From IMG/VR virus record IMGVR_UViG_3300048636_000162: 44,734 bases of DNA; one strand, given 5' to 3'. Of this stretch, positions 25,501 through 33,862 are shown in pieces. The notes beneath the pieces were generated by a model. It did no database searches, was not told where the DNA came from, and saw only the letters and a list, made by a program, of their open reading frames with translations. The stretch's first letter is position 1. Every line of letters starts with the position of its first letter. The position numbers and the translations under genes are program-made. Origin of the DNA: a virus.

Positions 25501-27318
25501 ATCGTGAACGCTGATCCGCGCGTTGCTGGAGCGTCTCGTGAATTGGGACGCGTGCTGGACCGCATCTTCTCGACGCAGCGTCCCTCGCTCCTGAACAACT
25601 CGTTCTTCCGCAACGCCTCGGATGCCGAGTACCTGAACACGATGTTCCGGGCCAGCGGTCTCGGGGACCTCTTCGACATTCCCGCAGCAGTCAACGCGAC
25701 TCGTGGGCAGAAGCAGGGTGCGCTCCAGAACGCCCTTGCCGAGCAGTGGCGCACCTGGGACGTGAAGGACCCGGTGGATTTCCTCTCCCGGCTCAGCAAT
25801 GCCGCCGCACAGGTCGCCGAGCACCGCGCTATCGTCGGGTCCTTCCACCGCATGGCGGTCAAGAACGGACTGGCTTCCCAGACACCCAAGCCGGGCTATG
25901 TCAAGATCACGTCGGGTGGGGACACGAAGTTCGGTCAGTTCCTTCGTCCCGACTGGTACTACGAGAAGTCGGTGGCTAGCGAGCTTCACCGTGCCGAGAA
26001 GTCCATGTCCGAGTCGCGGCGCGTGCAGAACGATCTGGTTAAGAAGTATTACGTGCCCACGCTGGACGCCTGGAAGTTTGCGATCACGCTCCCCCGTCCG
26101 GGACACCACATCCGCAACTTCATCGGCGATTCGTCGATCACCTTCGTCGCTCGCGGCGTTCGGGACTACACCCGCTCGACGAAGGACGCCTGGCGGGTAC
26201 TGGCAACGCGGAACAGCTACGACGGTGTGGACGTGGCCCGTGCGCTGGAGCGGATCGGAGACACGGAGCTTCCCACGGGCGGCACCGTCATCTCCAGCGG
26301 TAACTACGGTGACCTTACAACAGAGGGAATCTGGCAGGCCGCTCTTGAGCGGGGCCTCTTCCCCTCCTTCCGACAGGGTGAAGGCCTGTTCGACGACGCG
26401 CTCCAGGAGACGGGCTACAGCCGTGCTCTCGACAAGCTCACCCTGCGGGAGACCGTCGTCGGTCGGACAGCAGGAGATTTCTCCGAGTTCCGAGACCACT
26501 ACAGCCGTCTCCAGCACTTCATCCAGGTCATTCACCAGGAGCAGCGCAAGCGAGGCTTCAAGTCGCTGGATGAGATGCTGGACGCCGCTGGCAGCGAGGT
26601 CCGCAAGTACCACCCGGATGCCTCGATGCTGTCGACCTTCGAGTCCCGCTACATGCGCCTCATCATCCCGTTCTACTCGTGGTTCCGTGGCATCCTGCCC
26701 GCGATCTTCGAGTCGACGATGCGGAACCCTGGCCGTGTGTCCGTGTTCCCGAAGGCGTCGTACAACCTCGCGGTGTCGATGGGCATCAACCCTGAATCTC
26801 TATCTGACCCCTTCCCGGAGGACCAGATCTTCCCGTCCTTTCTGACGGAGCAGGCCACCGGACCTCAGTTCCAGGTCGACGGCAACTACCTCGGTCTCAA
26901 CCCCGGCATCGCGCACCTCGACGTGTTCAACGAGTTGGGAACCGACCCCATCCGCAACATCGCTGGGATGACGACACCGCTGGTCCGCGTCCCCCTTGAA
27001 CTGCTCAGCGGCGGGTCGTGGTCGACGGGCTCGCCGATCCGGGACAACAGCGAGTACATCGACTCGTCGATCCCCGGCGTGAACTACCTGTCGAACCTGC
27101 TAGGCATCTCCACCACCGGCACGGTCGGCAACGTCCTGAGCGGAGATGTATCGGTAGACCCTCAGCGACAGGTAGAGTCGGGCAACAAGACGGACTTCGA
27201 CAAGGGCCTTACGGCGCTGAACTGGCTGACCGGCCTCGGACTGTCTAACATGTCTCGTCCCAGCTTCATCAACTACGCTGAGATCGAGAACCGCAATAGG
27301 GCAGCGGAGGAAAGATGA
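22528..27318 (+). CDS. Very large virion protein (1596 aa), candidate ejection / internal core protein
   Basis: This is the longest ORF. It is followed by a coupled peptidoglycan peptidase at the end of the structural arm, and no Dit/Tal-type genes lie downstream. I recognised no catalytic motif. Confidence 0.45.
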   Translation: MATFEDYLNRLPSGPQATPSSSRGLDFSGAANLPTGTPLLGKNEMTGEQSPLNWFIDILSRPLYGTTNYAKGVIDDTTRAVQRASGGDYLGALGEVIKPINTRFIEGVFSNDPEAKNTTSDLIEYGTDEVGRLRDNNYVDRENNVNPVLKGVAGFAGDVALDPLTWIPGGIIAKGVKGAVKGGAEVAQKAAEAAGKVRTGTKAAEAADDVVRTTDSAIDATAKTPEQAVAHARVNRNMDVPNTTGQTAKAGTLVDTLDEGVPAPAQVSIVDALQRAEGVNEAPAVQGADLPAGAVPETRAQTVPAREDLTGSAKVAESADEIAEKRPETVIDLVKEISKKAPTLGPKSTFQTVEEAIVAAPESSRLSTFLDQLAVDAKTKQVRVDGMGRGEALPVADILTAFQARKAADREFTDFALGKPLVDYLSRVTTPKQFEKVVDDLKRALRADEASFAGTYNAASDPSVLDAMLESLKIPVRSADAGTPQKVEEVLAAGESTLSSEKKILQEWARAELVDMAENAPYRTATGVARTAQEIGVGTGKRLRELNTFSNFGLFKTIWNGYIKKGGRHYDEYAAWVRERGLDPKKLYGKRRSETVRDFVLERYQNIDSMMDDLGIRVTLNLGSDAATAMGIRQEPIYLSYGDVLSILQKHDNGSLQYALWNAGSAAAPTNVMLAVSQRISGAEREALLETLGTDKKFGTKGWLETEDATLPNNLGKKTVRGYHHPKTGWQEMDGAKLRGQFADVIEAASDDLVRASNYNAAAYRARVGKETYELSTEQLQKIEEFIANPATLDDGLRAVAKTPEQIADVADGKLQDSVNAATIVTEASVGKPVSQTAKRIVKQDGSVQNAATATKAQKAVDDATDGVAKDIDDELEDLLSNAPHEARMGGIEASWQAQRLDLSSTYTFPTMQEGVLRFLDPAGKFRQTFVQGHGMERLNGLRQATQNIGGRFVQEQQRDLNKIARQFGARTSDQIVESPIPQAFRDLQRGIVNADPRVAGASRELGRVLDRIFSTQRPSLLNNSFFRNASDAEYLNTMFRASGLGDLFDIPAAVNATRGQKQGALQNALAEQWRTWDVKDPVDFLSRLSNAAAQVAEHRAIVGSFHRMAVKNGLASQTPKPGYVKITSGGDTKFGQFLRPDWYYEKSVASELHRAEKSMSESRRVQNDLVKKYYVPTLDAWKFAITLPRPGHHIRNFIGDSSITFVARGVRDYTRSTKDAWRVLATRNSYDGVDVARALERIGDTELPTGGTVISSGNYGDLTTEGIWQAALERGLFPSFRQGEGLFDDALQETGYSRALDKLTLRETVVGRTAGDFSEFRDHYSRLQHFIQVIHQEQRKRGFKSLDEMLDAAGSEVRKYHPDASMLSTFESRYMRLIIPFYSWFRGILPAIFESTMRNPGRVSVFPKASYNLAVSMGINPESLSDPFPEDQIFPSFLTEQATGPQFQVDGNYLGLNPGIAHLDVFNELGTDPIRNIAGMTTPLVRVPLELLSGGSWSTGSPIRDNSEYIDSSIPGVNYLSNLLGISTTGTVGNVLSGDVSVDPQRQVESGNKTDFDKGLTALNWLTGLGLSNMSRPSFINYAEIENRNRAAEER

Positions 27319-27995
27319 GCAACTTCGAGACACCGGCACAGGCGCTTGGTTCGTTTCGCGCTACTCGACTCGGTGGTCTGCTCTCTGGTCGGCGAGGGGC
27401 GAAGGTCGGAGCACAGGGCAACGTCGTAGCCGCTCCAGAGTCCTTCCTTCCTGACCAGGCCCGTAACGACGAGATCCGCCTCAACACGCAGCGGGGCGAG
27501 CTAGAGGCTCAACGGGCGCAGGCAGAGCGTGAAGCCGCCCGCCGCCAGGAGGCTCAGAACAACGTTGCCGTGCAGGTCCCTGGAGGCGGGGGCGGCGTAG
27601 GCGCTGAGGGGCGAAGCCAGTTCTCGGGGATGAGCAACAGCGGCCATGGCGGGGCGTTCGGTCTGACGCCGAAGGCAGGGGCCTACCTGGAAGCCCTTCG
27701 TGGGGCGTATCAGCGCAACTTCGGTGAAGCACTTCCGATCAACTCGGGTGGGCGCACCTATGCCGAGCAGGCCCGTCTCTATGCTCTCTACAAACAGGGG
27801 CGCGGCAACCTTGCCGCCCCTCCCGGAACCTCGACGCATGAGTCTGGTCGGGCCGTCGACTTCGGTGGTCGAGCGCACTACGAAGGGACGCCCCAGCAAA
27901 GCTGGCTTGTGGCGAACTCGGGCAAGTACGGCTTCTCTTGGACGGGCAAGTCGTTCTCGCAGCGCGAGGCGTGGCATTTTGATTTTGTTTGGTAA
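27315..27995 (+). CDS. Second peptidase M15 (VanY-like) protein, candidate virion-associated cell-wall hydrolase
   Basis: Motifs SGGRTYAEQARLY, PGTSTHESGRAVDF and EAWHFDF are present. There is ATGA coupling to the 1596-aa gene. The N-terminal roughly 110 aa are non-enzymatic. Confidence 0.7.
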   Translation: MSNFETPAQALGSFRATRLGGLLSGRRGAKVGAQGNVVAAPESFLPDQARNDEIRLNTQRGELEAQRAQAEREAARRQEAQNNVAVQVPGGGGGVGAEGRSQFSGMSNSGHGGAFGLTPKAGAYLEALRGAYQRNFGEALPINSGGRTYAEQARLYALYKQGRGNLAAPPGTSTHESGRAVDFGGRAHYEGTPQQSWLVANSGKYGFSWTGKSFSQREAWHFDFVW

Positions 27996-27997
27996 GC

Positions 27998-28039
27998 AGA
28001 AGGCCCGCTCAGCCAGATGGGGCTGGGAGCGGGCCTTCT
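27998..28039. terminator. Bidirectional terminator between the convergent arms
   Basis: agaaggcccgctc (27998-28010) pairs with gagcgggccttct (28027-28039), then ttcgtc. Confidence 0.7.
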
Positions 28040-28082
28040 TTCGTCACCACAACGAAAGGCGTCTCTCGACATATTCAGGGTA

Positions 28083-28508
28083 TCAGCGGAAGTCCTTCGG
28101 AGTCAAGAATCCCTGCCCGACGTGGTAGTAGACGCCGTGACAGTAGGCCGAAACGTCGTCCTTGACATGCCCCTTCGGGAGCTTGATGTTCGCGTGTCGT
28201 GCGCCGATGTACAGCCCGTCGACAGACTGCTCGACCAGCTTGGCCCCTGTGATCTTGCCATAGAGCTTGATCGCCCCGATGACCTGGGAGGCAGGCATCT
28301 TGGAGCCAGACTGCTGAAGTGCACGCATTGACCGGAGACGGAAGTCCTCGTAGACGACGGTCCTAACAGGGGCAAAGTCATCGCTGACTTCTTCCTCCAG
28401 AATGCCTAAGAAAGTATCCAGGTCGACGATTTCTTTCTTGATGTGCCTGTGGTCCTCTGCCCACCAGGACAATCCGATGCGTTCACCGGGATCAACTGCG
28501 AGAATCAT
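28083..28508 (-). CDS. RuvC-like Holliday junction resolvase
   Basis: N-terminal ILAVDPGERIG supplies a catalytic Asp, and C-terminal HVKDDVSAYCHG is present. Size is 141 aa. Confidence 0.7.
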   Translation of the reverse strand: MILAVDPGERIGLSWWAEDHRHIKKEIVDLDTFLGILEEEVSDDFAPVRTVVYEDFRLRSMRALQQSGSKMPASQVIGAIKLYGKITGAKLVEQSVDGLYIGARHANIKLPKGHVKDDVSAYCHGVYYHVGQGFLTPKDFR

Positions 28509-28597
28509 TGTTGCCGCTCCGGAACACCTTCCGGGCCGAACGGTACATGTGGGCGCGGGATCGTCACGAAATTCTTGCGCTCATTCCATGTGGTCAT
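28505..28597 (-). CDS. Tiny coupled ORF (30 aa)
   Basis: ATG 28597 lies in a TGATGA junction with the upstream stop. Its own TGA overlaps the RuvC ATG (ATGA). It exactly fills the gap. Confidence 0.35.
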   Translation of the reverse strand: MTTWNERKNFVTIPRPHVPFGPEGVPERQQ

Positions 28598-28899
28598 CAC
28601 TCATCTCCCCCGTTCGTGTGATCAGTCATCACGGCCCGCACGGTTGCTGTCAGCTTCGGGATGACATCGTTCGACGAGAACGACACCCCCGCGTCGTACA
28701 GGGTGCGGTAGAGGGCCTGTGCGAGGGCTTCCTCGTCGTAGGTGCGTACGCGGGCACGCTCCCCCTCCAACCACGACGACGCGAGTATTGCGTCGGCAAT
28801 CGCCATATCCTCGTCGTCCCAGCCGCCATCGGAAAGTCCGAAGAAGCCACTGTGGATCGTCCTCGCCAGTTCCTCACGGCTCTCGTCTGCAGTGCTCAT
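28597..28899 (-). CDS. Hypothetical acidic protein (100 aa)
   Basis: gggagggg SD precedes ATG 28899. Confidence 0.65.
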   Translation of the reverse strand: MSTADESREELARTIHSGFFGLSDGGWDDEDMAIADAILASSWLEGERARVRTYDEEALAQALYRTLYDAGVSFSSNDVIPKLTATVRAVMTDHTNGGDE

Positions 28900-29027
28900 G
28901 AACCAGACCCCTCCCGCTCGTAGACGTGCAGCACCAGCGGCGGCGACCGCTTTCCTTCATGAAGCGGCCACAGACGGGGCACCTCATGTCGTGCCCCGGT
29001 CCTCTTGTTCTGTACTTTCCATGTTTA

Positions 29028-29056
29028 ACGGTATCATCCCATCTCCTCTAGTTCAA
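29028..29056 (-). promoter_or_regulatory. Promoter-like element overlapping the polymerase stop codon
   Basis: Read on the minus strand: TTGAAC (29056-29051), 17-nt spacer, TACCGT (29033-29028). It is part of a GATACCGT motif copy. Confidence 0.3.
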
Positions 29057-30821
29057 CGGCGAATCGTACGTTGATGTCGGTTCCCATGACGTACCCAACG
29101 TCCGTCATGATCCGCTCAATCTCCGTCGAGTAGTGCTCGACGCGATCATCCCTGATCTCGAACACCACAGAGTCATGCACGGTCAGGAGGATCTGACACT
29201 CATCGTTGTCGATCTCCTGCCAGAGCCGCACCATGATACGCTCCACGATGTCGGCAGCACCGCCCTGGATGAGGCTGTTCATGGCCTTGTAGCCCTCGCT
29301 CGGGTACTGGAAGTGGCGGTAGCGGCCAGACCAGAGCTTGATCTTCTTACCGCGCTCTGCCTGCTGCTGGCACTTCAGGTTGAACGCTGTGAATCGTCGA
29401 TACGTCTTCGCGTAGTTCGTCCGCATCTCCGATGCCTTGCCACGGTTGACGTTGAAGGCACCCATGAGCCGATTGACACCCGCACCATACTGCATGGAGT
29501 ACACCAGCGTCTTCGTGTCTTGCCTCGTCATATCGAGTTCCTGGCTCATCTCCGTGAAGATGTCCCGGCCTTCCTCGAACACTCGAATCAGCGTCGGCTC
29601 CTGGGCGTAGACTGTCGCCAGTCGAAGCTCAAGCTGGCTGAAGTCGGCAGAGATGAGCGTGTGCCCTGGCTTCGCGATGAACGCCTTCTTCACGTTGTCG
29701 GACCACGGCTTCTTCCCATCCGACCCCTTGCTGATTTGCTGAAGGTTTGGGTTCTTACTCGACAACCGGCCCGTGCTGGTGACGTGAGTCGTGTACTCGG
29801 TCCTGAGTCTTCCATCCGGCGACAGCCGAGCCAGATACGGGCGATACGAGGCGCTGACGGCCTTCTGCCAGCCTGTGTACGTCTTGACGAGAGTCGCCTC
29901 TGGACGCTTGGACTGCTCCAGCAGGCGCTCGTACTTCTCCATGACGGACTTGTCGAAGCTCGGCTTGTCGGTCTTCGCACTCCGCTTCAGGACGGGCATC
30001 CCCAGCTTCTTGAGGAACAGGGTCTCTCGATCCTTGATGCTTCCGGGATTGAGGCCGAGGTCACGCTTCGTCTGATCCATGATGGCCTCACCGCGTGCGA
30101 TCTGCTCGGCGCATAGGTCTTGATCGATGCGGACACCGCGACGACGCATAAGAGTGAGGAGCCGAATGAACTCCTGCTTGTGCTCCCAGAAGTCGGGGTC
30201 GATCTCCTCCCACTCGGGCTGCTTCATAAGTACTTCCCAGACGAGGAGGTGGAGCACGGCATCCTGCTCGGCGTACCCGCTCATCATGTCCGGTGTGGTG
30301 TTAGGCCAACCGGTCACCTTCTCGGTCTTGAGTGGGAACTGGGCCTCCCAGGGCCACTCGCTCATCTTGGACTGCTCAGGTCCGAGGTAGTGCGCTGCAA
30401 GCTGGTCGAGCGACTTCTGGTAGGGACGATTCTCGTTGACAAGGTTCGACACGGTAGCGATGTCGTAGAACGGCTGGTGCCCGCACTCGATGCCGACGGT
30501 CTCCAGGCTGAGCACGTCGAACTGCACGTTCATCCAAATGAGGGTACGTGTCTGCGTCGACAGGACGTATCGGATCTTCTTGACCGTCTCGGTGTCTACG
30601 TTCTCGCCTACCCAGTGGTCGATGCCCCAGTAGTGACTGACTACCTCGTCCTCGGAGACGCGGAAGGCGATGGAGATGCCGATGCACTTGGCACGACCAT
30701 CGTCGACGCGGAGGCCCATGTCGCCGCCCTTGCTACGGTCGGAGGTCTCCGTGTCGATAGCGACCGGCGTCTCGGGGTGGTCGTAGAGATAGCGCAGAAT
30801 GCGCTCAGAGTCCCAGGTCAA
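29034..30821 (-). CDS. Family A DNA polymerase with an N-terminal 3'-5' exonuclease domain
   Basis: Exo I is AIDTET. Motif A is LISADFSQLELRL, motif B is RQDTKTLVYSMQYGAG and motif C is LLTVHDSVVFE. The TTG start overlaps the upstream TGA (TTGA). Confidence 0.93.
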   Translation of the reverse strand: MTWDSERILRYLYDHPETPVAIDTETSDRSKGGDMGLRVDDGRAKCIGISIAFRVSEDEVVSHYWGIDHWVGENVDTETVKKIRYVLSTQTRTLIWMNVQFDVLSLETVGIECGHQPFYDIATVSNLVNENRPYQKSLDQLAAHYLGPEQSKMSEWPWEAQFPLKTEKVTGWPNTTPDMMSGYAEQDAVLHLLVWEVLMKQPEWEEIDPDFWEHKQEFIRLLTLMRRRGVRIDQDLCAEQIARGEAIMDQTKRDLGLNPGSIKDRETLFLKKLGMPVLKRSAKTDKPSFDKSVMEKYERLLEQSKRPEATLVKTYTGWQKAVSASYRPYLARLSPDGRLRTEYTTHVTSTGRLSSKNPNLQQISKGSDGKKPWSDNVKKAFIAKPGHTLISADFSQLELRLATVYAQEPTLIRVFEEGRDIFTEMSQELDMTRQDTKTLVYSMQYGAGVNRLMGAFNVNRGKASEMRTNYAKTYRRFTAFNLKCQQQAERGKKIKLWSGRYRHFQYPSEGYKAMNSLIQGGAADIVERIMVRLWQEIDNDECQILLTVHDSVVFEIRDDRVEHYSTEIERIMTDVGYVMGTDINVRFAVELEEMG

Positions 30822-31159
30822 GGAATGCTCCGGCGAACGAAAGGAACCAACTCATCTTGACGAGGGTGTCGCCAATACGCTGTCTGGCGGAAAAAGTCTT
30901 CAGGGAGAATTTCCGGATCAGTAGTGCCTGTCATCTCATCTAGAGCAAATGACTCTTCGCTTCGATCAATCTGTTTTTTGTTCAGCCAGGTAACATTGGG
31001 TGAGCCTGGGCACATGAGACCGTAGATAGGCTCCCCTTCTACCCAATCGCCAGATGACGGCCCTTCATGGGCATCGATATAGATGACGTAGTGCGTCAAG
31101 TATCCATAGCCCTTTACGTTGCGGATAACTTTGTCTCCAAAGTTGAGTTCAGTAGCCAT
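30818..31159 (-). CDS. Hypothetical protein (113 aa), locally lower GC
   Basis: Track ORF. ATG 31159 follows the leader caccacaacggaaaggatcgacac. Confidence 0.6.
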   Translation of the reverse strand: MATELNFGDKVIRNVKGYGYLTHYVIYIDAHEGPSSGDWVEGEPIYGLMCPGSPNVTWLNKKQIDRSEESFALDEMTGTTDPEILPEDFFRQTAYWRHPRQDELVPFVRRSIP

Positions 31160-31193
31160 GTGTCGATCCTTTCCGTTGTGGTGTAACGGTATC

Positions 31194-32894
31194 TTACTCG
31201 ATGGACAGCCCGTTGGCTATCCCGTTCCCGAAATCCTCTGCGGCGGCGTCGATGTCGCCTTCCAGAGTGATGTGCTTGTTGATGTCCCGCTCCAGGTTGA
31301 CCGGCTTGCTGAGCTTCTGGGCGTACCGAATCTTCAACGTATCGATGGCGAGGGTGCCCTTCTCGACAGCGGTTCCCTTGCCGTCTGAGGGGTCCCTCCG
31401 TTCGTCGACATCGAGGATGAGGTCCGGTTGCTTCGTGACGTTGTAGGAGCCGTACACGTCGCTCATGTCATTCAGTCGGCGGTTCTTCCCGGCGTTCTCT
31501 GCCGTGACCTTCCGGTGGTGATGGATGATGAAGATCGCGATGTTCTCGTTCTTGACCCTCTTGAAGAAGTCGAACAGTTGGGCGGACTGCTCCTCGTCCT
31601 GAAGGTTGCGCGTCGTCTCACCGAGGGAGTCGATGAACAGGATGTCCGGCTCCCACTCGGAGATGAGGTCCATGAGCGCCTTCTGTCCCGGCTCATCTGT
31701 CAAGATCATCGGCGCACCGAGGGGGTAGGCCAGCAGGTTCTCGTTCAAGTCCTTCACGGGGAAGCTCTTGCTGAGCGGGGACATGAACTGCTGAAGGCCC
31801 CAGCCCTCAAGCTCCAGGCTGAGGAACAGCACCTTGCGTTTGCGTACATCAGCCACTTTCCACAACAGGAACTGGTCGCCTCCTGCCGCGAACGTCGCAG
31901 CCATCTGCAAGGCCAGAGTCGACTTTCCGATGCCTGCATGGCCGGTGATGAGGGCCAAGCCGTTGCTCGGCATGAGGTCTTGCATGAGCCACTTCGGCGC
32001 GTACTCCGTCTCCATGAGTTCGCCGTAGCTGAGCACCCGCGTCTCAGTGGTGACCTCACGGGCGGGCTTCATCAGTTCTGTAGGGGCCTGGTACTTGGCA
32101 TAGGCGAAGGCGTTGCCGAGGGTATTCAGCATGTCCTCTTGGTACTCGGGCGTGTTGTACTCGCCGCGAAGCCACTCATGCATGAGGTGCTTCAGGGCCT
32201 TCTTGGCCCCGGTGCCTCCCTCGTAGTGGCGTGCGCCGATCTCGACACCGCGCCGGTACAGGTCGTTGCGCCCGAACTCCCCAGTAGGCACGCGGTCGTA
32301 CGCGGCCTTCATGCCCGCCGACATCGGCTCGTCGTCGTCAAGCTCGTCGAACAGCTCCTTGATGTCAACCGATTCGAGCTTCTGCTTCGAGGTGGCGTTC
32401 TCCAGAAGCCATCCGGGGACGCGCTGGAACTCGTCGCGGCTGGACGGCACGGGACCGTACCAGATCACGTAGGAGTCGCCACTCTGCCGGTCCACTCCCT
32501 GCCCTGAGCCGAAGGGATGGCCGTTGGGGATCTCGCCCGCGCCCTCGTAGATGTAGTGGCGTCCGTGTCCCGACCTTGTGCCGTAATTGTACGTGGTCAG
32601 CTCGTCGATGTTGTTCTCGACGAGGGTGACTCTGCCATCCTTCGAGCCGTCGTGCTCGTCGATGTCGGCCACGATAATCCCGGAAGGCCCGCACCAGACA
32701 CCGACCCATGCATCGGGAACGGCCTGCCACATGCGCTCGATCTTGCGGGGATCGGTGGTGCCTGACTGGAAGCCGTCTCTCGTGTACGGGGACTTGATCT
32801 TCTTGGCGACGCCGTTGACTACGCTGTCCTTCTCCCGCACCGGAAAGACGTGCAACCCGAGTCGTGCAAGGGCCTGCGCCTTAGCTTCCGTCAT
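31194..32894 (-). CDS. Bifunctional primase-polymerase (Prim-Pol) N-terminal domain fused to a RepA/DnaB-like (AAA_25-type) helicase
   Basis: N-terminal motifs are GLHVFPV...KSPYT..GFQSGTTD...WVGVWCGPSGIIVADIDEH...GHGRHYIY. Walker A is GHAGIGKSTLALQ and Walker B is ILFIDSL. Confidence 0.85.
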   Translation of the reverse strand: MTEAKAQALARLGLHVFPVREKDSVVNGVAKKIKSPYTRDGFQSGTTDPRKIERMWQAVPDAWVGVWCGPSGIIVADIDEHDGSKDGRVTLVENNIDELTTYNYGTRSGHGRHYIYEGAGEIPNGHPFGSGQGVDRQSGDSYVIWYGPVPSSRDEFQRVPGWLLENATSKQKLESVDIKELFDELDDDEPMSAGMKAAYDRVPTGEFGRNDLYRRGVEIGARHYEGGTGAKKALKHLMHEWLRGEYNTPEYQEDMLNTLGNAFAYAKYQAPTELMKPAREVTTETRVLSYGELMETEYAPKWLMQDLMPSNGLALITGHAGIGKSTLALQMAATFAAGGDQFLLWKVADVRKRKVLFLSLELEGWGLQQFMSPLSKSFPVKDLNENLLAYPLGAPMILTDEPGQKALMDLISEWEPDILFIDSLGETTRNLQDEEQSAQLFDFFKRVKNENIAIFIIHHHRKVTAENAGKNRRLNDMSDVYGSYNVTKQPDLILDVDERRDPSDGKGTAVEKGTLAIDTLKIRYAQKLSKPVNLERDINKHITLEGDIDAAAEDFGNGIANGLSIE

Positions 32895-33198
32895 CGAGCA
32901 GCCCTTCTACGCCTTCGAGAAGTTCGGCCACACCCTTCTCGTACTGATTCTTGGAAGCTTCGACAGCCGCGAACAGCTTGTCCCAGTGGCTCTCTTCGTA
33001 GGCAACCCATCCTGCCATCCATTGATCGTCTTCCTCATCGAAGTAGCACACGAAAACGTGCAGCTTGATCGGAAGCGAGTACAGGTTAGCAAGGGTGTTC
33101 TCGACGACCTCCTGGATGCTGTCGCCCCTCTCCCAGAACCGACGCTTGACGTACTCCGTGAGGGTGATCTTGTCGCCCAGTCCGCTCTCATCGCTCAT
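32881..33198 (-). CDS. Hypothetical protein (105 aa)
   Basis: Track ORF. gaaagg SD precedes ATG 33198. It overlaps the primase start by 14 nt. Confidence 0.6.
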   Translation of the reverse strand: MSDESGLGDKITLTEYVKRRFWERGDSIQEVVENTLANLYSLPIKLHVFVCYFDEEDDQWMAGWVAYEESHWDKLFAAVEASKNQYEKGVAELLEGVEGLLDDGS

Positions 33199-33316
33199 CT
33201 AGTGCCTTTCATGTGGTGAGGGGAGGCGATGAGAGCAACCGAAAAAGACAACGCCCAACCATCCAGCGTCCTCGCTCTCATTCTTACGTCGATGTCTACG
33301 CCTCCCCAGGAGTGTG

Positions 33317-33838
33317 TCAGCCGAAGGGGTTCTCGGATGCCTCAGGTGCGGCGGGCTTGGCGCTCGCCTTTCGAGGCTTGGCCTCTTCCTCCTTGGACCA
33401 ACCGCCGCTGCCGTCGTCCGGCTCCGCGACGACCTTGCTGACGTTCTGGTAGTTGTTCTTGGTCTTGAGCGTTACAGCGCCCGTGCGGCCCACCAGGGCC
33501 TCAGGGTCGAAGCTCGCCAGTTCGAGGCCGAAGTCCGACAGGCGACGCTTGAGCCAGCCCATCTTCTCCAGAACCTTCTCCGTGACCTGACCGTTCTCTT
33601 TGACGAGGAAGTATTCCATCGCCTCGTAGTGGCCGACCTTGCCGTTGCTGTACTCGACCTCGCCGAGGTCGTAGTAGATGCGGACGGCCTTGTTGCCGGG
33701 GTTGGCCTTCGAGCCGTCGTCCACGTACGCCTTCGAGATCGTGAACTCGTAGGTGTCGTCCTTCGGCTTCACGTCGAAGCCCGTAGGCTCCACAACGTCC
33801 GACTCGTCGATTCCGAACTCTTCCAGGAAGCTAACCAT
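33317..33838 (-). CDS. Single-stranded DNA-binding protein candidate (gp2.5-like) with a flexible C-terminal tail ending ENPFG
   Basis: The 173-aa beta-rich core is followed by a Pro/Ala/Glu/Lys tail ending in an aromatic tip. It lies in the replication module. Confidence 0.45.
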   Translation of the reverse strand: MVSFLEEFGIDESDVVEPTGFDVKPKDDTYEFTISKAYVDDGSKANPGNKAVRIYYDLGEVEYSNGKVGHYEAMEYFLVKENGQVTEKVLEKMGWLKRRLSDFGLELASFDPEALVGRTGAVTLKTKNNYQNVSKVVAEPDDGSGGWSKEEEAKPRKASAKPAAPEASENPFG

Positions 33839-33862
33839 CTTGTGCTCTCTTTCTTGTGTGTA

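Noticed and set aside
28874-28987. A 37-aa zinc-ribbon-like ORF (MRCPVCGRFMKESGRRRWCC...) in the gap after the polymerase gene.
   Set aside because: It is attractive because of the CxxC...CC pattern, but the SD is weak or distant. It overlaps the next gene start by 26 nt and coincides with a small hairpin (28975-28996). Support is insufficient without conservation or expression data.
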